DNA of 64,000 nt from contig CAVSMN010000015.1 of the NCBI GenBank assembly GCA_963729045.1, forward strand, positions 139,474-203,473. The letters are read 5' to 3'. Source of the DNA: an uncultured Nitrososphaeraceae archaeon. Its GTDB lineage: Archaea > Thermoproteota > Nitrososphaeria > Nitrososphaerales > Nitrososphaeraceae. The translations under genes were made by a program, and so were the position numbers. How positions within the stretch are numbered: position 1 is the stretch's first letter; each line of letters starts with the position of its first letter. Shown one piece after another: positions 42,147-53,565 of the stretch. Under the pieces are notes generated by a model. The model had not been told where the DNA came from. It saw nothing but the letters and a program-made list of their open reading frames with translations, and made no database searches.

Positions 42147-42544
42147 AAGCATTTGATAATAGAAGAATGAAATTAATTTTTCTTGCTGTCATTCTTTCAG
42201 ATATGAGAAAGATAACAAGGGTATCAAAGTGACACATTGGATCAGCAATTTGGAAGAAAAAGATAAACAATTGAGCATTTTAAGCATGGAAAAAATCAAG
42301 AATTAATACCGTGTTCAGTAGCTAAAGTACTGGGCTGATATTTTTTAAACATCTCTTTTTGTTCAAAATATTTTGTTAATCAAGAAACGTGTAATGGGGG
42401 TTTGAATAGCGATCAGGTTGCAGCTTTTTCTGTTGTACTAAAACCTTTTGATGGTCGAATGGTTCTGAAAATACCATGAACTCATTTGCCCCAATATGAA
42501 ATCATAATTAATTTATTCTGATAATAACACTACACTCTCAGAGA

Positions 42545-43318
42545 ATGTCAGATCGATCCTTAAATAACAAAAGTATTGCCGATGAGCGCAGTGTACTTAA
42601 TCTAGATAGAGTAGTATTCATAGGAAGATCTTTATCAGAATACATGTGGATGTTTAATCTTGATTTGACCAATTTTAAAGATCTTGAAATACTTGATTGT
42701 CCCTCTGGTGCATCATCGTTTGTTGCCGAAGCTTCAGATGAATATAATGTTAAAAAGGCTATTGGATGCGATTTAATGTATGATAATGATCCATCAATCA
42801 TAGAAAAAAGAGGAAGAGACGATCTTGAATATATGATTGATCGTCTATCTAAAGTTCCCGACTTTTACGACTGGAATATTTATTCAAATATTGAAGAGCT
42901 TCGCAAGGCAAGAGCCTCATCACTGAAGAAATTCATTTCAGATTATTCAACAAAGGGGATGGTAAATAATCCGTCTAAAAAATATGAAAGATATGTAAAA
43001 GCGATACTACCAAATTTACCTTTTAATGATAAAAGTTTTGATCTAGTACTAAGCTCTAATTTCCTTTTTTACTATCACAATATGTTTGATTATACTTTTC
43101 ATCATGATTCAATTTTAGAAATGCTGCGAGTTACTTCAAAGGAGGTAAGAATTTTTCCTATTCAAAAACCAGACGCGAAAATTCCTGAATATTTTGAAAC
43201 ATTGATGGAGAGCATAAATAAACATATGAATAAAAAAATTTCATTTAGAATCGAAAAAGTAAAGTATGATTTTCGCAATGGAGTCAATAAGATGTTAGTA
43301 TTAAATAGGGATGAATAA
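42545..43318 (+). CDS. Class I SAM-dependent methyltransferase
   Basis: ILDCPSGASSF, LPFNDKSFDLVLSS and EMLRV..EVRIFP. Confidence 0.85.
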   Translation: MSDRSLNNKSIADERSVLNLDRVVFIGRSLSEYMWMFNLDLTNFKDLEILDCPSGASSFVAEASDEYNVKKAIGCDLMYDNDPSIIEKRGRDDLEYMIDRLSKVPDFYDWNIYSNIEELRKARASSLKKFISDYSTKGMVNNPSKKYERYVKAILPNLPFNDKSFDLVLSSNFLFYYHNMFDYTFHHDSILEMLRVTSKEVRIFPIQKPDAKIPEYFETLMESINKHMNKKISFRIEKVKYDFRNGVNKMLVLNRDE

Positions 43319-44072
43319 TGGGATAACAGAGAGTATGATTGCATTATTAAATCTCTAATCTAAATTCTGTTGTTAATAACTTTTCATTATTATCTTGTTT
43401 GTTGTCCCACGTCATTTGTTTTTGGATTTTGGTTTGCTACGAAAATTGAAAAGTTCAATTTAGAAAATTAGTTTCTAAAATTATGCAGTCATCTTAGAAT
43501 AAAAAAAATAATTAGTAATAAGTTAAATATTGAATATGAATGTATTTAACATACAATTAAATGAAACAACGTATAAAACGGGATCTCAGGTTAGTGGTAC
43601 CCTAAAAATACTAGGAGGTAGTATATTTAACAAATTTTTCATGCTCAAAATATTTTGATGACCAAGTGGGACATAATTATGATGTGAACAAAGATTATAA
43701 GGCATTTTTCTGTAATTCTAATATTTATTGACCTTGTATGAATAAACTGCTTATTGTGATGATGTCCGTGGCCATTCTAGAAACTATTGGTATCAAAGTT
43801 GCTATCTTAGTATAACCGTCTAATAGCATCACTGCAAGTTTATCTCAAAAATAATAAAATTCAATCACTATAATTGTAATTTGTTATTTTCTATTTACTT
43901 GTACTTAATCTGAAGTTAGACATATCTAAAATATACTCGTTTTCTATTTAATCGCTTGTCATATTATGCAGTGCAGTATTTGTTGTAATAATGCAATGTA
44001 GTTATGTTATCAATTAACATTGTTCCCGTCAAGCCTAAATAAAACATTATACTACTTATTATTGTATAGTAA

Positions 44073-44933
44073 ATGACAAAAGATAAAATATCGTTTTTTG
44101 CAAATTCTTTAAGACTTTGTACAGGTAGGTCATTAACACCTGATCAAAAAAATATAAGAATTCTGGTCCCAATTTTATTATTTATTTCATCAGTTTTTTT
44201 CTTTGGCTTTCTGCATAGCACTAGCACTGCAGACGCAACCCCTACCTTAGACCAATCGATCCAACAGTTCCAAAAAAACTTACAATCGTCAATTACCAAA
44301 GAGATACAATCAATCGCTAATAATACCAATAATATTAATTGCAGCAATAGTATTTCAATCCAAACTCAAACGAATAATAATGGTCAAACTAGTAGTACTA
44401 CTAAAAACGACTGTAATAACAAATCAATTATCTCTTCCTCATCCATGAATCCCTTTATCAATAAGAACCTGTCAGGTGCAATAGTAAGCACCGAGTATGA
44501 CCTACAAACTGGAAAAATCATTAGCAGCATTTTTGGAAACTGGTCACTAAAAACTAATAGTGATAACCAAATTGACTTTAAAACCACATTCACAAAACAG
44601 CCTGTCAATTTATCTCCTAGTCAAACAGAATCATCATCAGCTTCTAAGCAGTCCGATGTCGAAAATAATAAAACAGAGTACAATCTTTCAAATTTTAGAG
44701 TTACTACTGTAAATCAACAAGACTCTGATATAACATACAAGGGTACTATAAATACAATCGAGAAGAATCTCTCTTCTGGTGTCAATGGATCAACCACAAC
44801 TAACACGTTTGAAGATGCCAAAGTATCTATATCTATTTTGGATGGTCGGATTTTGGTGATCAACTTTGATAAACAAAGCAATTTATTCAATGAATTTAAA
44901 GACATTCCTTTAGTGGGTTTGGTAACAAAATAA
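44073..44933 (+). CDS. Secreted or membrane-anchored hypothetical protein
   Basis: TM/signal segment, S/T/N-rich linker and beta-rich domain. Confidence 0.7.
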   Translation: MTKDKISFFANSLRLCTGRSLTPDQKNIRILVPILLFISSVFFFGFLHSTSTADATPTLDQSIQQFQKNLQSSITKEIQSIANNTNNINCSNSISIQTQTNNNGQTSSTTKNDCNNKSIISSSSMNPFINKNLSGAIVSTEYDLQTGKIISSIFGNWSLKTNSDNQIDFKTTFTKQPVNLSPSQTESSSASKQSDVENNKTEYNLSNFRVTTVNQQDSDITYKGTINTIEKNLSSGVNGSTTTNTFEDAKVSISILDGRILVINFDKQSNLFNEFKDIPLVGLVTK

Positions 44934-45520
44934 AAAATCTTTTTAACAAGAAAGTGATCAAACTTTTTTATAATTAACTGTTGTTATTATCTCCGTCTTT
45001 GAAAAAAGATTATTCTAATATTGAAGAGAACTATGAATGTGGCAGAAATCCTCTGCAAAGTCATATCGTCAATAGCGCTAAAAGCCAAGTATACACAAAT
45101 CGCAAGAAAAGGTGCAACTTACAAAAAAATACCAACAACTATGTGGCGCTAGGCAAAGAAAAGTTAAACATTTTATGGTTAGAAGTTACCCAAGAGCTTG
45201 ATTACTTCAAAGCTCCATGTTAGTCAACCCATTATTAAGGGATATTCGTAGGATAAACCAGGGACATAACGAAAGAAGCAAGACCATACTGTCAAATAAG
45301 TGGCTGCTGACAAATATCTTGTCAGGATAAATCGATGAGCAATGTGTATGATTATAGGAACTACTTGAACAAACAAAATCTCCAAACTTTTATCTGAAAA
45401 TAATAAATTTGTTGGTTCACATTTCAAAAATAAACGCAAAGATGTCTAAGTTAGAGATATAGAATACGATTTTTACATTATTTCAAAAAATAATCAATAC
45501 AAAATGTGGTAATTTGACGT

Positions 45521-47014
45521 ATGGGCTTATTATCTACCCTGTTAAAATATACTAAATTGAAATATACTGATGGTAGTAATTTTGAAGGAAATACAGCGCT
45601 TTTGACGGACTTTTATGAAATAACTATGGCTGCTGGGTATTATTTCAGTCAATATCACAAAGATTGGGAAACAAAGGGTATCTTCGAATTATTTGTGAGG
45701 AGGCTACCTAAAAACAGGTCATATTTAGTAACAGCAGGATTGCAACAATCAGTAGAATATATTTTGAATTTCAGGTTTAACAAACATGAAATAGAATATT
45801 TAAGGTCACTAGATGTATTTAGAGGAATAAGACAAGATTTCTTTGATTATCTGCTGAAAATGAGGTTTACTGGAGACCTATGGGCAGTGCCAGAAGGGAC
45901 TGTTTTATTTCCTACTGAACCAATACTTAGAATCGAAGCTCCAATCATTGAAGCTCAATTATTAGAAACTTACCTTTTATCAACAATCAATTTTCAAACT
46001 CTCATCGCTACAAAAGCTTCTAGAATTTGTAATATTGCTAATAACAAACCGATAATTGAATTTGGTTCAAGAAGGGCACATGGACCAGAAGCTGCTCTTT
46101 TAGCGGCCAGGGCTGCTTATGTAGGAGGATGTGCAGGTACATCAAATACTTTGGCCGGCATGCAATTCGGTATCCCTGTTTATGGAACTATGGCACATTC
46201 ATTTATTATGAGTTTTGATAGTGAAATAATTGCGTTTAAAGAGTTCCAAAAATTATTTCCTGATGGTTACCTTCTAGTGGATACTTATGATACATTAAAC
46301 GCTATAAAAATGATGATCAAAGAAGGAATATTACCAAAAGGAGTCAGGCTGGATAGCGGAGACTTGTTGTATTTAAGTAAAAAGATAAGAGAAATGCTTG
46401 ATGAGGCTGGGGACCGTGATCGTGATTATTATAGTACAAAAATAATGGTAAGCGGTGACCTAGATGAAAATATTATAAAAGAATTACTCAAAAATAAGGC
46501 TCCAATAGATAGTTTCGCTGTTGGTACGGAGCTTAGTACATCACGAGACGATCCGGTACTTAATGGCGTATATAAAATGGTAGCTACAATAGTACAAAGA
46601 GAGGACAAATTAAATCACAGTAATAAAGAAACTAAACTTTCCAATAATATTGAGAAAACTGACGGAAAAGCAAGTACACAAAAATCAATTATCTATAAAG
46701 TAAAAACAAGTCCTGGTAAACATACATACCCAGGTCCCAAACAAATTCACCGAATACTTGATGATAAAAGGATATTGATTCAGGACATAATTTCACTTGC
46801 CGACGAGCTCATTGAAGGCTCTCTACCGCTTTTGGAAAAGATTATTGAAAATGGCTCTATCGTAAAGTCGTTACCTTCACTAGATGCAACACAACTATAT
46901 CATACTCAACAAGTTCAAATGATTCCGTTTCTAACGAATTTGGATCAAGTTCAGAGTTTTCCTGTAAGTTACAGTAAAAAATTGTTAAAGCTGACCGATG
47001 AATTAGGAGTATAA
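45521..47014 (+). CDS. pncB: Nicotinate phosphoribosyltransferase
   Basis: LLTDFYEITM, EFGSRRAHG, GTSN, GTMAHSF, LVDTYD and RLDSGD. Confidence 0.95.
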   Translation: MGLLSTLLKYTKLKYTDGSNFEGNTALLTDFYEITMAAGYYFSQYHKDWETKGIFELFVRRLPKNRSYLVTAGLQQSVEYILNFRFNKHEIEYLRSLDVFRGIRQDFFDYLLKMRFTGDLWAVPEGTVLFPTEPILRIEAPIIEAQLLETYLLSTINFQTLIATKASRICNIANNKPIIEFGSRRAHGPEAALLAARAAYVGGCAGTSNTLAGMQFGIPVYGTMAHSFIMSFDSEIIAFKEFQKLFPDGYLLVDTYDTLNAIKMMIKEGILPKGVRLDSGDLLYLSKKIREMLDEAGDRDRDYYSTKIMVSGDLDENIIKELLKNKAPIDSFAVGTELSTSRDDPVLNGVYKMVATIVQREDKLNHSNKETKLSNNIEKTDGKASTQKSIIYKVKTSPGKHTYPGPKQIHRILDDKRILIQDIISLADELIEGSLPLLEKIIENGSIVKSLPSLDATQLYHTQQVQMIPFLTNLDQVQSFPVSYSKKLLKLTDELGV

Positions 47015-47417
47015 AGTTAATGTAAGAATCATCAACGATTGCATATTGTTCTAATTATAACTATGTTCTATATCTCCCATATGGTTCTTTATTCATTTAT
47101 AATTTTCTAATCTATATTTTGTATCTGCTGGTCGGATAAGGGACAGTTTGGGCCGCTTTCTGAAAAGGTTGAGGTAAAATCTTTTAGATGTTAAAGTAAA
47201 GATCATACTTCCCTCTATTGTTAATTTTTTAGATAGATAAATCTATAGAATGTTACTATCTCAGATTTATCTAATTCATTGATGCAATAATCATATTGTA
47301 AGTTATCATTAAGATCTTTTGGAATCAGGTCTAACTAAAAGCATCAAGATACCATACGTTATAATATTAGAAAGGAAAATATCAAGTACTAAAGTATTAG
47401 CTTAGTGTGAGAAAAAC

Positions 47418-47987
47418 CTGGCAAGATATGCAATTTTAGTATTGGACATGTTGAATGATTTTATTAAAGGTAGTTTAAAATGCGAGCGGGCGTTAGAGAT
47501 TATTCCAAATATCCGCACTTTATTGGATTTCGCTAGGAATGCTCAAATTCCTATCTTTTATTGTGTAGATGAACATCTTCCCACTGATAGATATGAATTA
47601 GACCTATGGGGACCTCATGCAATGAAAGGTACCATTGGACAGCAAATTATTGAGGAGTTGAAACCTCTTAAGAATGATAGCGTTATCACGAAAAGAACCT
47701 ATAGCGCGTTTGATAGAACTAAGTTAGACAGAGCTTTAACCAGTGCGTATGATGGAAAAGGCGTCGACACAATAATTATTACTGGAGTACATACACATAT
47801 TTGCGGAAAACATACATCATACGATGCTTTTACAAGGGGATTGAAAATAGTAATAGCAGAGGATGGAGTGCAAGCCTTTTCAGAAGAGGAACACCTATCT
47901 GGCCTTGAATATATTAGAAAAATTTATGGTGCAGATATAAAGAAAATAGACAAAATTATCGATCTTCTTGCTGTTAATACACGATGA
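47418..47987 (+). CDS. pncA: Nicotinamidase / isochorismatase-family cysteine hydrolase
   Basis: AILVLDMLNDF, DEH, WGPHA, KRTYSAF and TGVHTHIC; located next to pncB. The exact start is uncertain. Confidence 0.8.
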   Translation: MARYAILVLDMLNDFIKGSLKCERALEIIPNIRTLLDFARNAQIPIFYCVDEHLPTDRYELDLWGPHAMKGTIGQQIIEELKPLKNDSVITKRTYSAFDRTKLDRALTSAYDGKGVDTIIITGVHTHICGKHTSYDAFTRGLKIVIAEDGVQAFSEEEHLSGLEYIRKIYGADIKKIDKIIDLLAVNTR

Positions 47988-48168
47988 CTAAAACCAGTAT
48001 AAAGAGAGAATACCTATACCAAGTTTTCAATTAGGATCAGATTACAATTATTCAAACCTCTGCTACTACATAAAGACGTCAATTAAAACAATATGTCAGT
48101 ATTAAATATTACATCATAAAATTTTTGAAATACATTATCCAATCTAAGATTGCTTTCATCTATTTTAA

Positions 48169-48540
48169 TTAATCAATTTTTAACAATGTATGAAATTCAC
48201 TATTTATCAGATATTTTTTAAGCTTTGAGTATTTTTTGAATCATTTCCAACTGTAAGTCTTAGGATAGAAGAAGTGGTAGTATTTAATTCATTAGACTAA
48301 TTCAATGCTATGGATTATTTCATCTGCAACAATCCGTGGATAAGGCACTTTACTCATTGCTTTAAAGCAAAACGTCAAGAATTTTTTCATTGTATCATTG
48401 TAAAAAGATAATTGGACATCCTTATTGTTTTCATCAAACTGGTTAATTCCATTCCCCATTTTTATCATCTTCATACTTATTAGTAGGAACGACTATATCT
48501 TGTACGAATTTTGTATTTGTTACTCCAGGTCAATCAGAAC
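48169..48540 (-). pseudogene. 3' remnant of a short-chain dehydrogenase/reductase
   Basis: Shifted minus-strand frames read VLI(E)PGVTNTKF ... PRIVADEIIHSIE ... LRLTVGNDS. No N-terminal GxxxGxG/YxxxK half is present upstream. Confidence 0.6.
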
Positions 48541-48622
48541 ATTTAGGTTTGTTAGTTCGTAGATTCTAAAATAGTTGTATAAAAAAAGTGGAGTTATTAC
48601 AATAACCATTTTGTTGCCATGA

Positions 48623-49266
48623 CTAGCCTACTTGACCTAGTCCGGTAGCGTTGTCTGCGGCGTCCTTTATGCAATTATTAAGGAAAAATTGTGCGGCCGC
48701 ATTGAAGCCAGATGCTATTAATAAGTTATCAATTTCTCCAAGTAAAACAGAATAGTCGTTTCTGTCAAGTTTCCGTTAGTTAGTAGATTCCACAAGTCCG
48801 TCGTAGTTTGCGGTGTTGGAACACCTACGCTAATAGCAATACCAATTATAACTTGGTCAGTAATGATTCCTCCTATAAAGTTCTTAACGGACTGAAAGTA
48901 TTGTGGATTTATTTCTCCATAGGTTATAAAGCATTGTTCTATGGGATTGTCAGAGGTACCTAACCCGGGGTCTTGATTGATTCCACCAGCACCCGATTCT
49001 ATATTAGTGTTATCACTGTCAGTAACTACAGGACTGTTTTGATTATCTTTGATGTTTTGGTTAGTACAATCAGAAGCAAAACAGAGATTGCCAATATTTA
49101 TACTTGAATTACTTTTGACACCATCTAAGGAACCCAAGTCAAAAGCACTGACCATTGAAGATGATGTGGAAAATACTCTGACTGCTAACATCGAAACTAG
49201 TGCAATGGTAATGATAATTCTACTGCTATTGTGAAAAGAACGATTTAACTTTTCATTAAAGTTCAT
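48623..49266 (-). CDS. Secreted hypothetical protein, probable frameshift near 48745
   Basis: Signal peptide. The shifted frame continues LGEIDNLLIASGFNAAAQFFLNNCIKDAAD to a TAG at 48623-48625. Confidence 0.6.
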
Positions 49267-49674
49267 ATTAAATCTAATACTAAGATGTCCTATATCTGAG
49301 CTCTAGATTTAGATTACATTTGCTAATCCCAGATCATTTAAACTGAAAGATGATATCATGTTTATAAAATAGGATCTTACTATGAAAGAAATTAATCAAG
49401 ATAGATTTGAATATGTTAACTAATGGTGATGACGGGCCAATATTCATGGTTTCTTTACCCTTATACATGGACTGACATTTAGACCAAAAATGATATTGTG
49501 ATTTTAGTTTCACCAAATCCTAATTCAAATTCTAATCCACTTTAAAAGGAGTTTTCAATCAATACTATATTATGACGCTAAGAACAATATCTTTTTTATT
49601 TTACCATAATAAATTATACTGGTTTCTGATTTGTGCTTTTACGTTTATTTCAATCAGTAATCTAATGCATCACA

Positions 49675-50274
49675 ATGAATAATAACGTCAAACAAAAACT
49701 ATATTATATGACAAAACTTATTTCTAATCAGAACTCATCTGCTCCTAATACTATTAATACAGCTATACGCATTCCGACTGATGTATACGAAAAGATCAAT
49801 AATCAGGCAATTCAAGAGGATAAAACTGTTTCAAGTATAATAAATCATATATTAAGAAAATATGTTAGTTGGGATCAGTTTGTAAGCGATGTGGGGTTTG
49901 TCTTTTTACAGAAACCATTTGTACAAAGTATTTTTGAACATATTTCAGATGAAGATTTAGTAAAAGCAGCCAGAACCGTGTGTTATACTGGTATGCGGGA
50001 TGCTATTTCATTTATTCATGGAAAAAATGATGTTGATTCTATTATAGATGTAATAAAACTTTGGCTTTCTGCCTCTAAATTTACAAACACAGTAATCAAA
50101 TCTGAAAATACTGTCGAATTAAGAATACAGCATAATTTAAGCCAAAAATGTTCTTTATATATGGGTGCTCTAATTTCTATGCTATTTGCAGATTTGAACA
50201 TGAAACCTGAAAAATCTCTACTAAGGGATCATTCTTTAATTTTGACTTTTAAAATACCATCATCAAGAAAATAG
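49675..50274 (+). CDS. Ribbon-helix-helix (CopG/Arc-like) DNA-binding protein with C-terminal ligand-binding-like domain
   Basis: TAIRIPTDVYEKI...TVSSIINHILRKYVSW RHH pattern; C-terminal IQHNL..KCS. Confidence 0.7.
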   Translation: MNNNVKQKLYYMTKLISNQNSSAPNTINTAIRIPTDVYEKINNQAIQEDKTVSSIINHILRKYVSWDQFVSDVGFVFLQKPFVQSIFEHISDEDLVKAARTVCYTGMRDAISFIHGKNDVDSIIDVIKLWLSASKFTNTVIKSENTVELRIQHNLSQKCSLYMGALISMLFADLNMKPEKSLLRDHSLILTFKIPSSRK

Positions 50275-50644
50275 ACTATCTCATATCACATGAGGCATTC
50301 CTAATTATTTTAATTGATTAACATATATAATTAAACGTAAAAACCTGTTAAGTCTTATATCACTAATCAAACTTGCACAGTAGAATTAAGACGATATTGG
50401 ATTTAAATAGTGAATTTTATTATATGATTTTCAATGTCTATCTAAATACCTGGTTTTCTCTAATCGGAAGGGTATGATAGTAATTGTGTATATGAAAATT
50501 TTTATTTTCTAAAAGGAACCCAAAATATCTATGGGTGTGTTATTTGATGATCTTTCAGAGAAATGGAAATCTAGGTCCTACATAAAATGTTAGATGGTGA
50601 AAAAATACTTCGAGTAAAATGAGTTTGATATTTATTTCAAAAAC

Positions 50645-50911
50645 TCAAACGGGTCTATGAGAACCTATTGCAGGTTGCTCATTCTTAAATGTAATAACAA
50701 TCTGATCCCCTGCTTCATACTGACAATTGTTTATTTGTCGTGGGACTTTATCAGATGCCTCTACTATACACACTCCATTTTGTTTTAGTAATACCGTAAC
50801 TTCCTCTTCTGTACCGGGAGAGAATACTTGGAATATTTGAAACCCTGAAATGAACATGACCGCTAACACTCCTATCGGAATGAGCATAAGTGCTATAAAA
50901 GTTGGAGACAA
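50645..50911 (-). CDS. Small membrane-anchored protein with a Cys pair
   Basis: N-terminal TM helix and a beta-rich tail containing two Cys. Confidence 0.65.
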   Translation of the reverse strand: MSPTFIALMLIPIGVLAVMFISGFQIFQVFSPGTEEEVTVLLKQNGVCIVEASDKVPRQINNCQYEAGDQIVITFKNEQPAIGSHRPV

Positions 50912-51179
50912 TTTTGATCAGGCTATAATTATAATCCTTTATATTATTGTTATGAATGTATAACATTGCATTGCAATGCAATTAGTATGACCAATAAGAC
51001 ATACGACGAATGTGCAAAGTTGATAACCTGGCAGAAAGCAAACTATTACTTCAGGTTGGGCATATTACGGAAATGAGACAGGTTTTTTGTAGGACCGTCA
51101 CTCTAGTATTATATGTTGGGTTCTGACTCATAAGATCGGGTTATCACGGGCGATTGTGTGGCATCCTAAAGCTAAAAAA

Positions 51180-51219
51180 AAATATTCAAATATTCAAATA
51201 TTCATATTCAAATATTCAA
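51180..51219. repeat. Short tandem repeat (AAATATTC)n
   Basis: aaatattc aaatattc aaatattc atattc aaatattc aa. Confidence 0.8.
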
Positions 51220-51273
51220 CGCTTTCACAATTAGTTTCATATAAAAGTTAATGAAAAAAAGACATTGAGGTAT

Positions 51274-51347
51274 CATAAACAATCACACTTTTCCAATTGC
51301 TGATGTCTTTCATCCAATCAATTTCAAAACAGACATTTGGATTATTT
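51274..51347. repeat. 74-bp direct repeat, copy 1 (orphan internal fragment of the PNPOx-like gene)
   Basis: Identical to 59326-59399 except for one G/C mismatch. Confidence 0.95.
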
Positions 51348-51892
51348 TGTATTCCACTGGTACTTGCCTTGAATATTTCAATAGGTGTAATAATCCTTAT
51401 AATAGGATCTAGATTAAATCCAGATACTCGGGATGTGGATCTAAATTAACCTTAATTGACCATAATGGTTTGAGACCAATTAGTACTTTCAAAAGGAAAG
51501 GTTTTGCAGAAGGGTTAACTCACTTAATAAAATCCCACCGGCTGGAGAAAGGAAGGCAATTACTGCAATAAATAGATGCACAAGCCTATTTTTTTACTCT
51601 CAAACGGAGCATTTTAGCTTTGAACCTATTAGCCGACATACAATACTGTGGGATACTACAAGATATTCGAATCACCAGGGCTTCAAATTCGATATATAAT
51701 CGGAAGACAAGACTCATACAAAACAACAAGAAAGCCTATATAAACAACATCAGAATCCTTTGTTTTTAAATAATTGTTAAATTATCTTATTTCATCTGAT
51801 TTTGCTCTCCCTAGAACGATTTTGCAATAACAATTAGAATTATACTAGAACGATAACGAAAACTCTTTTTATTAAATTGTATAAATTGGATT

Positions 51893-53428
51893 ATGAATTT
51901 TTCTGATTTAGAAGCCAAGAGGATAACTCATCTTCTAGGTGGTGGAAAAGAGAAACTAGAAGAACAGAGAAAAAAGGGTCAATTGACAGCGACTGAAAGA
52001 ATCAATGCCTTATTTGATACAGGCAGTTTTGAGGAAATAGATCCTTTTGTAATTCACAATTGTCATGATTTTGGAATGGAAAATAAAAAAATTCTAGGTG
52101 ACGGTGTTATAACAGGTTATGGAAGAATAGATTCTCGTTTAGTCTATTCATTTTGTCATGACTTTACAGTCTTAGGGGGTTCACTCGGTCTTAGTTTTGC
52201 ATCAAAGATATGTAAGGTAATGGATCATGCATTAAAACAAGGGGTTCCAATAATAGGTATAAACGATTCTGGAGGTGCAAGGATTCAAGAAGGGGTCGAA
52301 AGCCTAGGTGGTTACGCAGATATATTCCACAGAAATGTTAGAGTCTCTGGCATAATTCCTCAAATATCTTTGATAATGGGCCCTTGTGCAGGAGGTGCAG
52401 TTTATTCTCCCGCTTTGACTGATTTTATAATAATGACAAAATCAGCATACATGTTTGTCACTGGTCCAGATGTTGTGAGACAGGTCTCCAATGAAAATGT
52501 TACATCTACAGATTTAGGGGGCGCTTACATACATAATGAAAAAAGTGGTGTGGCTCATTTTGTTGCAGATGATGAATATGATTGCTTTGAAATATTGAAA
52601 AAATTGCTTTCATTTATTCCGTCCAACAATCTGGAATCATCACCAAGGGTCAAATCAATGGATAGTTCCAATCTTCTGGATGAAAGCCTTGATTCAATTC
52701 TTCCTTCCGACTCACATATGTCATATAGTATGGAAAATGTAATTAGAAAAGTAGTTGATAAAGGAGACTTTTTCGAAGTCCAAAAATTCTGGGCTAGAAA
52801 TATCATAATTGGTTTTGCTAGGTTGGATGGTAACGCTGTCGGTATAGTTGCCAATAACCCGGAAATTTTAGCCGGAGTTTTAGATATAGATTCTTGCAAC
52901 AAGGCAGCAAGATTTGTAAGATTTTGTGACTGCTTCAACATTCCTATAATAACTTTCGTTGATGTTCCTGGATTTCTTCCTGGTACAGATCAGGAATGGA
53001 GGGGAATAATAAGACATGGTGCAAAGCTGTTATTCGCATTCTCGGAAGCTACTGTACCTAGACTTTCAGTAATCACAAGAAAGGCTTATGGTGGAGCATA
53101 TGATGTAATGAATAGTAAACATATAGGAGGAGATTATAATTTCGCTTGGCCAAAAGCTGAGATCGCTGTTATGGGTGCTGAAAGTGCATGTAATATTATA
53201 TTTAGAAAAGAATTATCTATTTCTGAAAATAAAGGCAAAAGAAGATCTGAGTTAGTATCAGATTATGAAAAAAAATTTTCAAATCCATATATTGCAGCTT
53301 CTAAAGGTTATATTGACAATGTAATAATGCCCCGAGAGACTCGGCAGAAACTGATTTCTGCTCTAAATGCCATCAATAGGAAAAGAGAAGATTTACCAAA
53401 AAGAAAGCATGGAAACATGCCTATATAA
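51893..53428 (+). CDS. pccB: Acyl-CoA (propionyl/acetyl-CoA) carboxylase carboxyltransferase subunit
   Basis: DFTVLGGS, DSGGARIQEG, GPCAGGAVYSPALTD, DVPGFLPG, RKAYGGAY and RKHGNMP. Confidence 0.93.
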   Translation: MNFSDLEAKRITHLLGGGKEKLEEQRKKGQLTATERINALFDTGSFEEIDPFVIHNCHDFGMENKKILGDGVITGYGRIDSRLVYSFCHDFTVLGGSLGLSFASKICKVMDHALKQGVPIIGINDSGGARIQEGVESLGGYADIFHRNVRVSGIIPQISLIMGPCAGGAVYSPALTDFIIMTKSAYMFVTGPDVVRQVSNENVTSTDLGGAYIHNEKSGVAHFVADDEYDCFEILKKLLSFIPSNNLESSPRVKSMDSSNLLDESLDSILPSDSHMSYSMENVIRKVVDKGDFFEVQKFWARNIIIGFARLDGNAVGIVANNPEILAGVLDIDSCNKAARFVRFCDCFNIPIITFVDVPGFLPGTDQEWRGIIRHGAKLLFAFSEATVPRLSVITRKAYGGAYDVMNSKHIGGDYNFAWPKAEIAVMGAESACNIIFRKELSISENKGKRRSELVSDYEKKFSNPYIAASKGYIDNVIMPRETRQKLISALNAINRKREDLPKRKHGNMPI

Positions 53429-53565
53429 AGCCATAATTTAATATGCTTGATCAATTTATTGGTACAAAATGGTTTTGTAACTAAGCCATTATGTAATATG
53501 CTGGTGAATACCAAAATTTTTTGGTATAGAATAATTTTAATTTTACTTTGTGACTTAGTTTCAAA

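Noticed and set aside
51180..51219. CRISPR-like or iteron array
   Set aside because: It is a simple 8-bp tandem repeat with no spacers and no cas or rep genes.
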